A DNA stretch of 64,000 bases from Elsinoe ampelina (lineage: Eukaryota): positions 2,426,728 through 2,490,727 of the forward strand of contig ML992502.1 in assembly GCA_010093995.1 (NCBI GenBank), written 5' to 3'. Shown here piece by piece: positions 1 through 13,849 of the stretch. The translations under genes and the position numbers were made by a program. The notes under the pieces were generated by a model that worked only from the letters and a program-made list of their open reading frames with translations, made no database searches and was not told where the DNA came from. How positions within the stretch are numbered: position 1 is the first letter of the stretch; every line of letters begins with the position of its first letter.

Positions 1-690
1 TAACCTTTTCTCTCCTCTCTATCTAACCTTAATAATAGCTAGCTATCTATTATAGCAGATCCCCTACCTAGTATACTATAATTATCTATTGCTATATATA
101 TAATAGCGACTCTAATATTTACTCCTGCTTTACCGTCGCTACTACTTCTAATAGTATTCTCTATACTAGCTATATTATATTTATAGAATTAACTACTGCT
201 AGTACCTAGTAGTTACGCCGGAGCAAATCTATTATAGTATACCTCTCTATCTTGCCTACTACGCCGCTATAGGCTTAAGAGTGTATAAGGAGACTCCGAT
301 ACCTCTTTCTCTCTCCCCGCTACTACTACCCTCTATAGCTTCCTTTACACTAGCTATGTATTATTAGTAGAATTAGCTACTATCTTTACCTAGTAGCTAC
401 GACTAAGCGAATCTATCGTAGAGCATCTCCTAATCTTATAGATAGCGCTACTAGGGGTTTTAGCGTATATAAAGAGAGTAGAGAAGCTAGCGTCTACTAG
501 GAATTACCTACCTTATAGTATAAGAATATTAAGGGGAGAATTGCGGAGGAATAACTAGTATAACAAAGAGGAAGAGATAGAGGTATATTGTAGGCAAAGA
601 TACGTCTACTACCTCCTACTAGATAGTAGCTTACTATAGAGAGCGTTATAGGCGAAGCTATATTAGTAGTATTCTCTTTTATAATTACTT
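1..690 (+). repeat. Direct repeat A, copy 1 (may begin before the window)
   Basis: Position 1 'taaccttttctctcctctctatctaacc' matches 7263. Colinear at offset 7262 to about 690, differing mostly by transitions. Contains an internal ~184-bp duplication (about 165-292 vs 350-476). Confidence 0.9.
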
Positions 691-3600
691 TTATAGCGGA
701 GTTTTATTATTAGTAGCGCTTTATTATAACTTTCTTACGTTAGTAATGTACTTCTTTCTATATAGATTATATACCTATCGCTTTAATCCCTCTCCTCTAA
801 CTAGTAAACAAAATCTCCTTGTCTAATATATATAAGTATACTATATATCTTTCTTTATTCCTTGTTATTTGTCTTGTCTTCTATCTACTATAAAGACATT
901 AAGGTTGTTACTTTATATAATAATACTCTTTGTTAAATAGTCTACTAGCTGTTTAGAGCATATATAACTTTATATATAGTACTAATATATAAGTGTTTAG
1001 TATAGTTAATTACTTTAATACTAATTTTCTACAATAATTAGTACTTATAACATCCTCCGATAGCTATGTTTTGTTTGCTTATCTAATTTATACTCTATAA
1101 TATTTGTTAGTAGTAAACTAACTTATTTACTTTTAGTTCTAGCATCGACCTAATATTAGTAATTATTACATGTTACTATTAGCACGTACGAAATATAGAC
1201 TTAGTTAACCTAGTTTACTTTTAAGTTAAGGCCCGAACTAGATCTTAGTTATAAGTATACTACTTACTTTAGTATACTATCTTAAATACAAATTTTATTA
1301 TATTTAAGAAGTTACTACCTACTTTCCGTATAGCATTTTAATATTATACTAGGTAGTAGGTATTTATAATTGCTACTATTTACTCTATAGTACTTAACTT
1401 ACTACGCTTAGTTCCTAGCTATATAATCTTAACTCCTCTAACCTTACCTACCTTATATAACACCTTTACTAGTAGATATTCTTACACTTATTAAATATAT
1501 ATAATAGTACTATGCTACTAAAGACGAAGAAGCTAAAGGTCGCTACTAAACCTATAGAAAAGATTCTACTTAATAACCTTATACTAGCTCTTATTAAGAA
1601 TATATTTTATAATAATAATATTAGTAAGAAATCTATCTAATTCTTCTTTAATTAAGACAACTAGTAATACTCTACTATATTTACAAGGATAAAGGAAATA
1701 ATCTTAAAAGTCTTTATAGAATCTAATATTAAAATTGAGAAACAAGATAAGAGTAAGTTATATAATCCTAAGGTACTTAAAGCACGCCTTAAAATTGAAA
1801 CTAGACTACTAAATAGCACGCCTAACGATTTCTAGCTCTTTGTCGACTAACTAGATTAGAAAGATCTAGACTAGTTTAAGGAGAACTTATAGACTATAGT
1901 TAATATTAATAAGATAAAAGCTATATAGCAATTATTCCGAAATACTATATAATTAATAAGAGCAAATCTTCTATTAGTTAAAAGAGAAAAGACAATATTA
2001 CTAGGTAAAGGAGGCATCTAGAGTTTACATTCTTTAGCTACCTTGTCCGTATAGACACTAATACTCTCCTAAGTAAGAACACTGTCCTCGGAGAGATATA
2101 TAACTCGTATAAAGACAGGTAATAAGAGATTAGATTTACATATATAGCCTCGTTATAGAATGTTTAGCTTTAACTAGAGGCTAGCGTCTAATTATGTCTA
2201 GATCGATATTAAATTTGCTATAATCTAGATTATAGAGGTTATTAAAGTAAATACTATCCCGTATCTAATATTAAGAAAGAATATCTACATCTATGACTTA
2301 ATAAAGCCTAGTGCTAGTAAGGACAAGAATTGTTACGTTAATTACTATATTAGTAAGCTTAGGCAAATCCTTAATATTAGAGGTAATTACCTCTAACTCT
2401 ACTAGCTTAACATATATAACTCCGTATAAGTCTTCGCTATTAAAGACTCTTTTAATCTAGACACTACTATTACTAAGCATGTTATAACTCTTATCTCTAG
2501 TACCTATAAGATCTTTCTCTATTTTACTTCTTCTATAGTATCTATTAAAGATCTTTCTAACTTTATATAAAGTAAGTTTACCTCTTCTCTATTTATCTAT
2601 ATATACTAATACTTATAGATAACTCTTATTAATATTGTAGTAGCTAGCGACTACTTCCTATAGCTAAGGCTACTATAGAAGAAAACTTAGAAGTGTTTCT
2701 TACTCCTAAGAAGCTTTACTTTATAGACATTAATACTAATAAGAAGCGTAAAGAAGATTAGTAGAAAGAGAATATTATAATATAGAATATTTAATACCTA
2801 TAATAGCGACTAAACTACTAAAGGCAAGAGTAGTAATACTACTATATTTTATTTGCTATTATGTTATTTACGAAACTATTTAGTTCTTAACTAATAAAGT
2901 TTTATTTAGCTCGTTCTACCTCTAAGAGGCTATAGCCCCTATAAATCCTATAATTTCTATTATTATTATTAGAAGTAAACTTGCTTAATAGTCCTATAAC
3001 TATAGCTAGACGGATTTTAACTAACCTAGCGACTTAGTTTAGAGTATAGTCTTACTTTATATAGTTTTAGGAGAATATAGCTCCTTCTCCTCTACTAGAA
3101 GAACATAGCCTATTTAGACTATAGTATATACTACCGAAGCACTATCTATGTTCCTACTACTTTAACAGCTTAAAGGATATTATATAAGCTACTATACACC
3201 TAAGGCCGGCTATCTATCTAGATAAACGTAATCTCTTAGAGCTCTCTAATACCTCTTCTAAGTTCTACTTTGTTACTAGTGACTTTCTATAGCTCGCCTA
3301 GTATACTATAACATATTAGAGTAAAGAGAGTAAGTTCGAGAAGATAATAACTTACTTCTACTAACACAAGATTAATATTAGTATTAAAAAAGTAATATGT
3401 TCTTAATATTATTAACAATAGAAACGAAGTAATACTACTATAGATATAATAGACTAGAGCGTTTAATAATAAGTAAAACATGTTAGCGGGATAGAATCTC
3501 GTTCCCTATTATAGTAGAAGCAATAGTACAAGTTTTAGTTCTATACTAAACTTAGAGTTAACTAAATTAAATAAGAATAGTATAGTACTATAAAGGAGCG

Positions 3601-5454
3601 CGTAGGCGTTACTATTAACACAGTTATTAGGCTTTACCCTTATATACTAGCGAGGTTTATATATAGTATACTTAAAAGTTAATAAAGAATTTCCGCTAAC
3701 TATTATTAGTTCTAGCTACTACCTCCTAATAAATAGTAGAGACGCTTTAGGTTAGGTCGCGCCTCCTAACTAAGTACAAACTTAAGTTAGTTTAGTTAGC
3801 CTAAAACTAGAGATAAACTTATTTTATATTAGGGTAGATAAGTCCTTTAAAGGAATACTATAACGCCTAGCTATCTTATACCTCTCCTCGTTAGATAATT
3901 ACTACTCGGCATTAGTATAGCTCTACTAACTATATACATAGGTTTAGTATTAAGCTTAACATTTGATATAAGGTTAATTATACTAAGAGAAAGGAATTAG
4001 ATGCCTACTACTTAATAAAGACAGCTTCGACATAGTAGAGCTAGTCTCTATCTATAGGCGGTAAAGACATATCTATCGTAAAGAACAAGAGAGAATAAAC
4101 TAGACACGATTTAACTTAATATTACTATATAATATAATAAGAGGTAGCTCTCTACCTATACGAAGGTAACATAAGAATAGTTAAAGCCTATTATAGCTCT
4201 CTTTTCGTAAATATAATAGTTACTTCTCGTTTCTAGTTTAAAATCTTCGTATTAGTCTTTATATAGATAGCTAGACTTCTATTTATTCCTCTTAATATGT
4301 ATCTTAACCTAATTATAAAACATCTAGTAGCTACGCTTACTTTTATATCTTATTAGATTCGAGATATTTCTAACTAGGACTCTAAAGTTTTAATCGAGGA
4401 CAGATATCTTATTTCTTTAGTAGTACTATATATATAAATCGCTTTACGTATAGGGGAGTATACCTTAACTACGATTATAGAGACGCTATATAGGAGAGAG
4501 TAGTATAGAATAATATCTATATTCGACAAGCAAAAGGAACCTAGAGGTAATTATACTAGATATTGTTATAAGCTTACTTTATTTACTCTACTACTCTACT
4601 AGTATAGGAAGAGTAATAACATTAACTAATATTATAGTAGGGGCTATAGACACTTCTTAGACTTTGTACTTCGAGCTAAAGTAGTAGACAAGTATATAGC
4701 TAGCGCTATACTAGATTAGAAATATAAGGCCTTTATATTATTATCCTTAAGATTATAGAATAGAAAGCCTATAGTTAGAAGACTAAGAGGCAGTAAGGGA
4801 TTATTTGTACGTATAACTCTATAGCGCTAGTAGTAGCTACAGTAGTTAGTTTAACTTAGTTAGTCTAGTTCGGTTGTTACTAATAAGAGAGCTATATCTA
4901 TAATAACTTAAGAGAATTCCGAATAGCTAAGCTATTAGGATTAGTAAGAGCAATAAAATTATTATTGTCGATTATAGAGAGAAGTCTATAGTAAGCTACG
5001 TAGGTATTATTAAGGTAGCTATATTAAAGTAAACTTACTTCGAGAAGGCTACGCTAGTTAGTTCGTAACTAGGAATAGCATATAGTTCTATAATAAGTAA
5101 AGTACTAGTGCTTCTACCTTAATAGTATAACTTTACTTAACACAAAGTTAGTGTATAGATCTAATTATTATAGTAGGCTTCCGATAGTGCCTTAGAGAAT
5201 ATAACATTCGCTAGCGTAGATATAATAATAGTATTTACGCTTAAGCTAACTATACTATCTTATCGGCTAAAGAAGTAGATTAACTATAGCTATAATACAC
5301 TAACAATAATATAGAAGGTTATATAAGATAATATAGCGAAGCGAATAAACTAAAAGTATAGTTGTTTAAACTAATAGAGAAGTAATAGCAAATTATTAGT
5401 TTATCCTTGTTAAGATTAGTTAAGGGAACGCCTACAATTTTCACCTAAAAAGTA

Positions 5455-6374
5455 CTAGTTTTAGTTTAGCAAACTAATTAACTACCCCTAATAGATTAAC
5501 TATAGGCATAAACGACCTAATATTATATAGCTAAGGCGTCTTTATATACTACTATTACTATTTTTTCGTAGAGGCTATTTATAACTAACTTATTATAATA
5601 CTAGCGACAAGTTAAGACATAAGATAGTAAGAGCTATAAATCGTTTACTAGCTAAAATTATTATACCTACGCGGTACTCTCTGTTTTATAATTGCTATAA
5701 AAGCCTCTACTAAGGACAATAGCGTAACAATAGCTAATTAAGTATAGTATTTAATATTGTTCTTAAGTAAGAGATAGCTAATAAACTCTATCGCCTAGAT
5801 ATATTAGAGCAAACTCTATCTTAATATATCTAGTACTATAGCGTAGATACAATTTTAGCTTTAGTCTATTAATACTATATAATAGCTTAGTCCTATTAGC
5901 TCTACTACGAATTATAGTAAATAAGAACTAAACTAAGTAACGAGGTAGAAATAATAGCCTATAGCTAGTATAGAGTGTTCTTTCTCCTTTGCCTACTATA
6001 TAGTATAGCATAGTAGATAATCCTCTTAGTCTCTTTACTAACCTTAACTCTCGACCTCTAGCACGTAGAACGGATAGTAATAGTAATAGTAGGCTTAATA
6101 GTAACATACACAAGAAAGAGAAAGATATAGATAAGGTTATAATAGGAGATATATACAAGGAAGAGTAAGTAATTATAGTAAGTATAACTAGTAGTACATC
6201 TATAGAGCGGAGTACTAGGAGGTTATCCTTATCTAGTAGAGCTATATCCGATTATACTACGTTCGAGATAGTAACTAGTATACTAGCTAGTAGCAAGGAG
6301 TTAGTAATAGATATAGTTTATTCTTAGTTTACGTTAACTAATCTTGTCTAGATCTCCCTAAGTCTATAATATAT
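5455..6374 (+). repeat. Direct repeat B, copy 1
   Basis: ~5890-6374 is colinear with ~13330-13816 (e.g. 'tatagagcggagtactag', 'gagctatatccgattatactacgttcgagatag'). Weaker similarity extends back to 'ttagtttagc(a/g)aactaatt' at 5461/12891. Confidence 0.85.
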
Positions 6375-6740
6375 CCTTCGCCCTAAGCGATTAATAAGAT
6401 ATAGCTTAGCTAGGGACCCTTAGCTCGGCGCTCTAATGTTTAATAAAAGGTAAGCTACTAACTTAGATAAATAATTTTAATTCGAGTTAGGTCGTTATAG
6501 TAGAAGCGCCTTCTAGTAGAATATACTTACTAGCCTCTATATAATGTTCTAACAAATCTACTTCTACCTATATAAGAGTACTAAAGATATGTCTAAGTTA
6601 TATACGTAAAGGCTATAGTAGTCTAACTAATAGTAAAATAGTGTTTACTAGTAGAAAGCTTACTTAGCTTAAATTTAGTAGTGTAAATTGTTGCTTTACT
6701 CTATCTCTAGCATGTTATATATAGCAGTAGTAGAGGGCGG

Positions 6741-7037
6741 CTAGCAGGGGATAGCTAGTAGTTTATTACATCGAACTAATAATTTCTTAGTTCTTTCTCT
6801 TAAAGTTTAAAGATAACTTAAAATTTCGACCTAACTATAGCTAGTAGGGGATAGCTAGTAGTTTATCGCGTTAAACTAACAATTTCTTAGTTCTCTCTCT
6901 TAAAGTTTAAAGATAACTTAAAATTTTAACCTAACTATAGCTAGTAGGGAACAGCTAGTAGTTTATTACGTCGAACTAACAATTTCTTAGTCCTCTCTCT
7001 TAAAGTTTAAGAATGACCTAAAATTTCGACCTAACTA
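6741..7037 (+). repeat. Tandem repeat, 100-bp unit x3
   Basis: Units start 'ctag(c/t)aggg' at 6741, 6841 and 6941. Each contains 'aatttcttag...ctcttaaagtttaa...aaattt(cg/ta)acctaact'. Confidence 0.92.
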
Positions 7038-7262
7038 GATTAAGCACTCCTCGGAACTTAATTATATAATACTATCTAATTATGTTCTTCTCTAAAGTTA
7101 AGTATTATATATTTAGAGACTTATAATCTTTATAGTATTATAAACATATTATAAACCCTATTTATAGCGACATAACTATATTATAGATATAATTTACTAT
7201 AACGCCTTAGTTTATGCTCTCTACTTATACTAATCTAAATATAGATATTAGCGTCTCTAGTA

Positions 7263-7950
7263 TAACCTTTTCTCTCCTCTCTATCTAACCTTAATAATAG
7301 CTAGCTATCTATTATAGCGGATCCCCTACCTAGTATACTATAATTATCTATTGCTATATATATAATAGCGACTCTAATATTTACTCTTACCTTGCTATCG
7401 CTACTACTTCTAATAGTATTCTCTATACCGGCTATGTCGTATTTATAGAATTAACTACTACTAGTACCTAGTAGTTACGCTAGAGCAAATCTATTATAGT
7501 ATATCTCTCTATCTTACCTACTACGCTACTATAGGCTTAAGAGTATATAAGGAGACTCCGACACCTCTTTCTCTCTCCCTACTACTACTGCCCTCTATAG
7601 CTTCCTTTATACTAGCTATGTATTATTAGTAGAACTAGCTACTATCTCTACCTAGTAGCTACGACTAAGTAAATCTATTACGGAGCATCTCTTAATCTTA
7701 TAGATAGCGCTACTAGGAGTTCTAGCGTATATAAAGAGAGTAGAGAAGCTAGCGTCTACTAGGAATTACCTGCCTTATAGTATAAGAATGTTAAGGAGAG
7801 AATTACGGAGGAATAACTAGTATAACAAAGAGGAAGAGATAGAGGAATATTGCGGGTAAAGATACATCTACTATCTTCTAATAGATAGTAGCTTACTATA
7901 AAGGGCATTATAGGCGGAGCTATACTAGTAGTGTCCTCTCTCGCTATTAC
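7263..7950 (+). repeat. Direct repeat A, copy 2
   Basis: Colinear with 1-690. The left limit is unknown because copy 1 is cut by the window edge. Confidence 0.9.
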
Positions 7951-10429
7951 CTTCCTAGTAGAGCTAGGCGAGGAATAAAGCGTATTTATAATTATATAGA
8001 ATATACTATTAACTGCCTGTTCTATGGAATATATAGCCTTTACTCTACTCTACTACTTAATTCCGCATATGGCAATTATAAAGTCTAGATAATTAGATAG
8101 TAGTATATTACTTTCTTTATTCCTTTACTAGTATCTATAAGCTATACTATATGCTATATATACTATGCCCTTTATTCCGCTATAGGCTACTAACTACCTT
8201 CTATTTATGTTCTATTACTATTGTCCTTTATATATAAATACTAGTTTTGCTATTAAAATATTATTTAATTATTTTATATTAACTACTACTATATTCCCTC
8301 TATTTATTAGACTATTATCCCTTAAGATCTACCCTAAACACGACGATAGTATCCTTAGTGCATATAGCATATAAAATAAAAGGTAACTAAGTGTATAGAC
8401 TATAGTTACTCTTAGTTTAGTGTCTAAACTAAGTAATTTACTATTATATATATGCTATATCTAGTATACTACTACGTGCTTAGTTCGGAGCCTAACCTAA
8501 GTTAACTAAATTTAGGTTACTTCTCTCCTTAATTGCTTTAGTTTACCTTTGTTTATACTCTCTTATATATAAATAAATAACTTATATAGCTCTCTAGTAT
8601 TTCTTTAACCTCTTTAACCTCTCTTTTAAGTGCTTTTTACTTAAATATCTCCTCTTTAGTTAAGTCTTAGTTAGGCATATATTACGAAGTATATAGACCT
8701 ACTACGTTAATAAATCCTCTCCTTAATTCTTCTAAACTTATAAATATATAACACCTTTATAGAATCTTTTCTTTAATATTTACTACACCTACTTAACCTA
8801 TTTACTAGATATTATTCTAAGCTTTATTTATAGTATATACTAAGCTTATAGACGTATATAATATATCTAAGAATTAGCCTAATAGCGCTAGTATAGCTAC
8901 TAATAATATTCTACTCTACGAAAGACCTCCTATAGAAATTTAAGCATAGCTTAATAAAAACCTTAAGATTAAGAGATTCTTCCTTAAATTCTTTAACTAG
9001 AATAATAACTAGTATACTACTATATACGTAAGAGCATAGGAAAAATATAAGAATACCTATATAGTTCTAGGACTTAAATATAAGAAACCTTAGAATAGTA
9101 ATATTAATATAACTATAATTATAAATAACATTAAAACTTCCCTACGATACTCTTAGGATAACTATACGAAGATCTTCTTTTAAAGACTATACTATTAAGA
9201 CTAAGACTAGTTTAAGAGGAATATTAGAAACTATAACGATATATCTAGTTATAATATTATTAAAGATTTTGTTCTTACTATTAAGGTATAAGAGCTTAGG
9301 AATAAGAAGAATTAGACTAAAGTAGATAAGAAGGCTTATCCTAAGAAGCATATTAGAAAGCGCCCCTCCGCTACCTAGTCTAATAGTAGACTCTCTAAAA
9401 GATTAAAGACTTTTATACTTAGTAGTAGACTTATAAGTATAAATATTAATTACTACACTAGTTAGCCTATACGTTAGTAGTAAATGCTAGAGGACATGTC
9501 TTGTCTAGTCTAGAGCATTATTAATAAAACTATTATTAACTTTATAATTGTTAAGTAATTAGACATTAGCCTAGGTATAATTATAAAGAGAGGATATTTA
9601 TGTTGTTTATAGGCGTTTAGTCTAAGAATTTTAAGGTTACATCTAGGGGATTATAATCTAAACGTATATAGCCTTAACAATATTAGGCTATTCCTAAAGG
9701 AGAAGAAGTTAGTTAGTAATAACATTATTCTTATATAAATAAATTATATAGAGCTATATAACATCCTATCTATCTTAGACAACTACGACCTATATGCTGC
9801 TATAATTAACTATATTAACTCCCTAGTTAAAGGTAGTAATATAATCTTCGTCTATCTTATACCTAGTATAGATCTAGTTAAGAAGCTTCCTAAAGAAGTA
9901 CTTTATAAGTTTAATACTTAGTTCGACTTAGGTGTATACTAATATACTTAGTTAACTCTCTTTAGTATTATAATAGTTAGAAGCTATTAACTCTAGTCTA
10001 GGAGGAAGAGGAAGAGGAACCTCTAGCCCCTCTATCTCTAGCTAAGCGCCTACTACTATATAAACCTATCCCTAAGAAGTAACCTAGCTCTCTACTACCT
10101 AACAAGGATAATACTACTATTAATTATTATTCTACTCGGGTAATAGAAGACAAATACTATAAGTAATACTAAGATAGTAATTAGTATCCCTTTATAATTA
10201 TACCTAGTAAGGAGTAAGTAAGGTACTATATTCCGTTAGTCCCTAAGACGCTATCTATACCTATTCTAGCGCTTATAACTTACATATTTAATAAGACTCT
10301 TAGTAGCTTAGACTTTGTTAAACTTTATACTATAAACAATAATAATAACAAGTAAACTAGTAATAATCTAGCTAACTAAAGCTTTATCTCTATAGGCACT
10401 AGAATCGATTACTAGTCCAAAGAGTTCTA

Positions 10430-12800
10430 GGAGAGAGTCTATAACTTTATAGGCTTTAAGAAAGACATCTACTTACTAAACGCTAGTATATAGTATTTTA
10501 GTTAGAATAAGAAGTATCTAGTCGAGGTAGTATAGATATACTTAGCGCTTATTACACTTAAGAAATACCTCGAAGGCTATCTAGTATTTATATTTATATA
10601 TAAGATAGAATTTAGAAAGACTTTAATAGGACTCTTCTTTCTCTTACTAATTTAAAACTTAAATAAAAAGGTTATCTAGGATACTAACTATGCTACTATA
10701 CCTAAGAACAAGTAGAGTAAGTACTAGAAGGTAAAGACACTAGTTAATAAGCTATAGCTAGATATCGCTTCTATAGATACTATTAGCTATAATCTAATTG
10801 TTAGCGAATTAAACGTAATAAAATAGTAGGCGTAGGAGATACGGAAGTTTATACCTAATATAAAGGTTATTCTATGCTAGGGGAGGATATTCTAAGCTAT
10901 ATAAGAAGATAAGTATAGTAACGTATATAACATAGACACTTTAATTTACAAAGAGAATCTACCTATAGACTACTACTAATAGGAGTCTTAGCCGATAGAT
11001 AAGTCTAGTAAGTCTATTAATACTATTATAGTCTTATAACTAGTCGATATACGTAAGTAACACCCCTAGACCTTATAGATAAATAATTAGTTCTTCTTTA
11101 CTACTTGTAATACTATAATCTACTACTTCCTTAGTAAGAACAACATAAATGCTAAGGATTAGAACTTTGTTCCTAAGAGATAAGAGAGAAAGCCGAGGTC
11201 TATACCTATAAACTAGACCGCTATTATCTTTAATAAGTTCTATTAGGTTACTAGCTAGAAGACGTAGACTTAGTTTTATCTAGGAATGCTACCGGGGAGG
11301 CCTTTTATACTAGATATAAGCGGGATACTATTTGTTAAGTACTTAAACGTAGTAGCGTTCTTAATAGTAGCTATATATAAGAACTTTAGATTAGAAAAGC
11401 TTAATGTAAATAGAAGTAGAATAGAAGAATTTAACAAGAACTATATCTATAAATCTAAATAGGAGCTAACTAAGGCTAAGAATAACAAATGTTAAGCAAT
11501 ACTAAAGATAACACTAGATAAAACTTAATAAGCTATTACTAATAAGCTTAACTTCTAAATAGTATTAGACTATGCCTTCGTAATTAACAAATAGTATAAG
11601 GCAAACAACAACTCTAGTAAGTTTAATAAAAAGAGAAGTATATAGTTTATAGAAGAGATTGTAGTAATAGTTAGTAAATAGAGTACTATCCTTATAAATA
11701 TTCTTATTAAGATAAACATAGACTATATCTAGAAACCTTTTAATACTACTCCTAGTCTACTAGCTATTAGAGTTCTACTATATTCTACCTTCGACCTAGA
11801 GATTACTATCGAAGATAAGTATCTTTATAGTCTTATAAATACATAGAAGAAGATTAAATAGAATATAGATAAGAGTGTATAAGAGGTAATTAACAGGTAA
11901 AAGAACAAATCTAACAAGCCCGAAGTAACATTAGAGACAATCCTTAATAAGAAGACTAAGGAGCAAATACTAAGCCTAGTTACGCTACTACTACTTTTCT
12001 CTATATTCCTCGCTCTTATAGATATATTCTAGGACAATCCTGTAGTTATAGAAGAGTTTAGCGACTTTACTATTAAGTTTGCCTACGAAATTATATATGA
12101 CCTCTTAGAGATAGTACTATAGTAGTATATAGATAAGATCTATACTAGTTCTTAGATAAAGGTCCTTTATAGTGTTATTTCTAAGATTATTAAGTAGAAC
12201 GTCTCCTATTCGAAGGAGCTAAAGAGGCGAGTAATTGTCTATATATTTACACTATTAGTGCTAGTAGTTGCTATAATAGTTAGTTTAGTCTATTTAGTCT
12301 ATTTAGGTTATTACTAATAAAGGTATAGTATCTAAAATAGCTCGAGAAGCACCTAGACAGCAAAGTAATTAGAATCGATAAGGATACTAATATAGTTGTT
12401 GTCTACTATAGAATAACATCTATACCTACCTATATAGACATTATTAACGTAGCTATGTCTAACGATATGTTTATTAAACCTAATAGGCTAGAAGGCTTAA
12501 GGATCTTAATTGCCTAGGGTAGAGCTATTAAGACTAGTCTTAATCTAAACTACTTCGATACTATAATCTTGCTCGATATAGCATTAGTGTTATAATTTGT
12601 TCTTTAGTGTCTAGCTTAGGTCCGTAGGAACATTAAGTCTTAGAAAGCTAACTATATAGAGGCGTTTATAATAAAGCCGATAGCTCTATTCTATAGGCCT
12701 CTAGAATAGCTTAATAGTAGATAGGGTAGGCTATTAATAATATAGAAAGTTATCTACGAGGAAATAGAGAAGTAGAGAGTAAAGATCTAGAAACTTTAAT
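10430..12800 (+). pseudogene. RIP-inactivated SNF2-type (SF2) helicase relic
   Basis: With RIP reversed (restored residues in brackets): motif I F(A)(H)(E)(M)(G)F(G)KT at ~10595-10625; motif II IIF(D)(E)F(H) at ~11223-11245; motif III SG(T)(P) at ~11317-11328; helicase-C RILIA...T(G)LNLN...ILLD...(Q)CLA(R)VRR at ~12500-12630. Order and spacing fit the family. Ends are approximate. Confidence 0.7.
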
Positions 12801-12884
12801 AAGCTACAGTAAAGAAGAATATAATTGTTATAGATAATAATTAAGATTACTAGATAATAGTCTAACTATATTACCTAAAAATGT

Positions 12885-13816
12885 AATTCTTTAGTTTAGC
12901 GAACTAATTTAGTTCCCTATATATATTAAACTATCTTTTAGGTTACTTAATATAATATAGTATCTAAACGTTTTCTACTTTCTACTATCGCTAAAATTTA
13001 GCTAGCTAACTCTAACTACGAATTTAGATCTTAAGTAATAAACATAGATATACTAAGGTAAATTAGTAAATACTTAGCCTACGGGAAGATTATACAATCT
13101 AGTAGAGGCCTTGTCTAATATCTACTATATTACTAGAGGAGAGAGCTACTAATAAGTAACATAGCGTAAGTCTTACTAGAGTAATATAGTAATAGACATC
13201 TACGTAGAGATAACGCTAGTAACAATCCTTACTTATTTAATAAGGGAGAGCGCTTACTATCTAATAAAGGCCGACAAGGTAGCATTACTAGTAATATACG
13301 ACATAGTCCGCTAATGCTAAATAACCTACTAGTCTACTTTACTCCGCTACAAATAATAGTAACTAAGAATTAAACTAAACACTAGAGTAGAAACGAAAGT
13401 CTATAGCTAGTAGAGAGTGTCCTTTCCCCTTTGTCTACTATATAGTATAGTATAGTAGATAATTCTCTTAGTCTCTTTACTAACCTCGACTCTTAATCTC
13501 TAGCACGTAGAATAGATAGTAATAGTAATAGTAGGCTCGATAGCGACGTACACGAGGAAGAGAAGAGCATAGACAAGATTATAATAGAAGGCATATACAA
13601 GGAAGAGTAAGTAATTATAGTAAGTATAACTAGTAGTACGTCTATAGAGCGGAGTACTAGAAGGTTATTCTTATCTAGTAGAGCTATATCCGATTATACT
13701 ACGTTCGAGATAGCTACTAGTATACTAGCTAGCAGCGAAGAGTTAGTTATAGATATAGTTTATCCTTAGTTCGTATTAACTAATCTTGTCTAGATCTCTC
13801 TAAGTCTATAATATAT
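12885..13816 (+). repeat. Direct repeat B, copy 2
   Basis: Colinear with 5455-6374 at offset ~7430-7442. Similarity ends at 'agtctataatatat'. Confidence 0.85.
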
Positions 13817-13849
13817 ATACTAACACTAACGATAAACTAAATTACAATT

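Noticed and set aside
3287..6158. Two short ORFs in the RIP block (3287-3481 and 5928-6158)
   Set aside because: L/Y/I-rich composition typical of chance ORFs in RIP DNA.
6741..7037. CRISPR-like array
   Set aside because: Contiguous 100-bp units with no unique spacers, in eukaryotic DNA.
1..7950. LTR retrotransposon bounded by repeat A copies
   Set aside because: Spacing fits, but I found no gag, protease, RT or integrase motifs between the copies, no clear TG..CA ends, and a second repeat pair is interleaved. Not fully excluded given the RIP damage.
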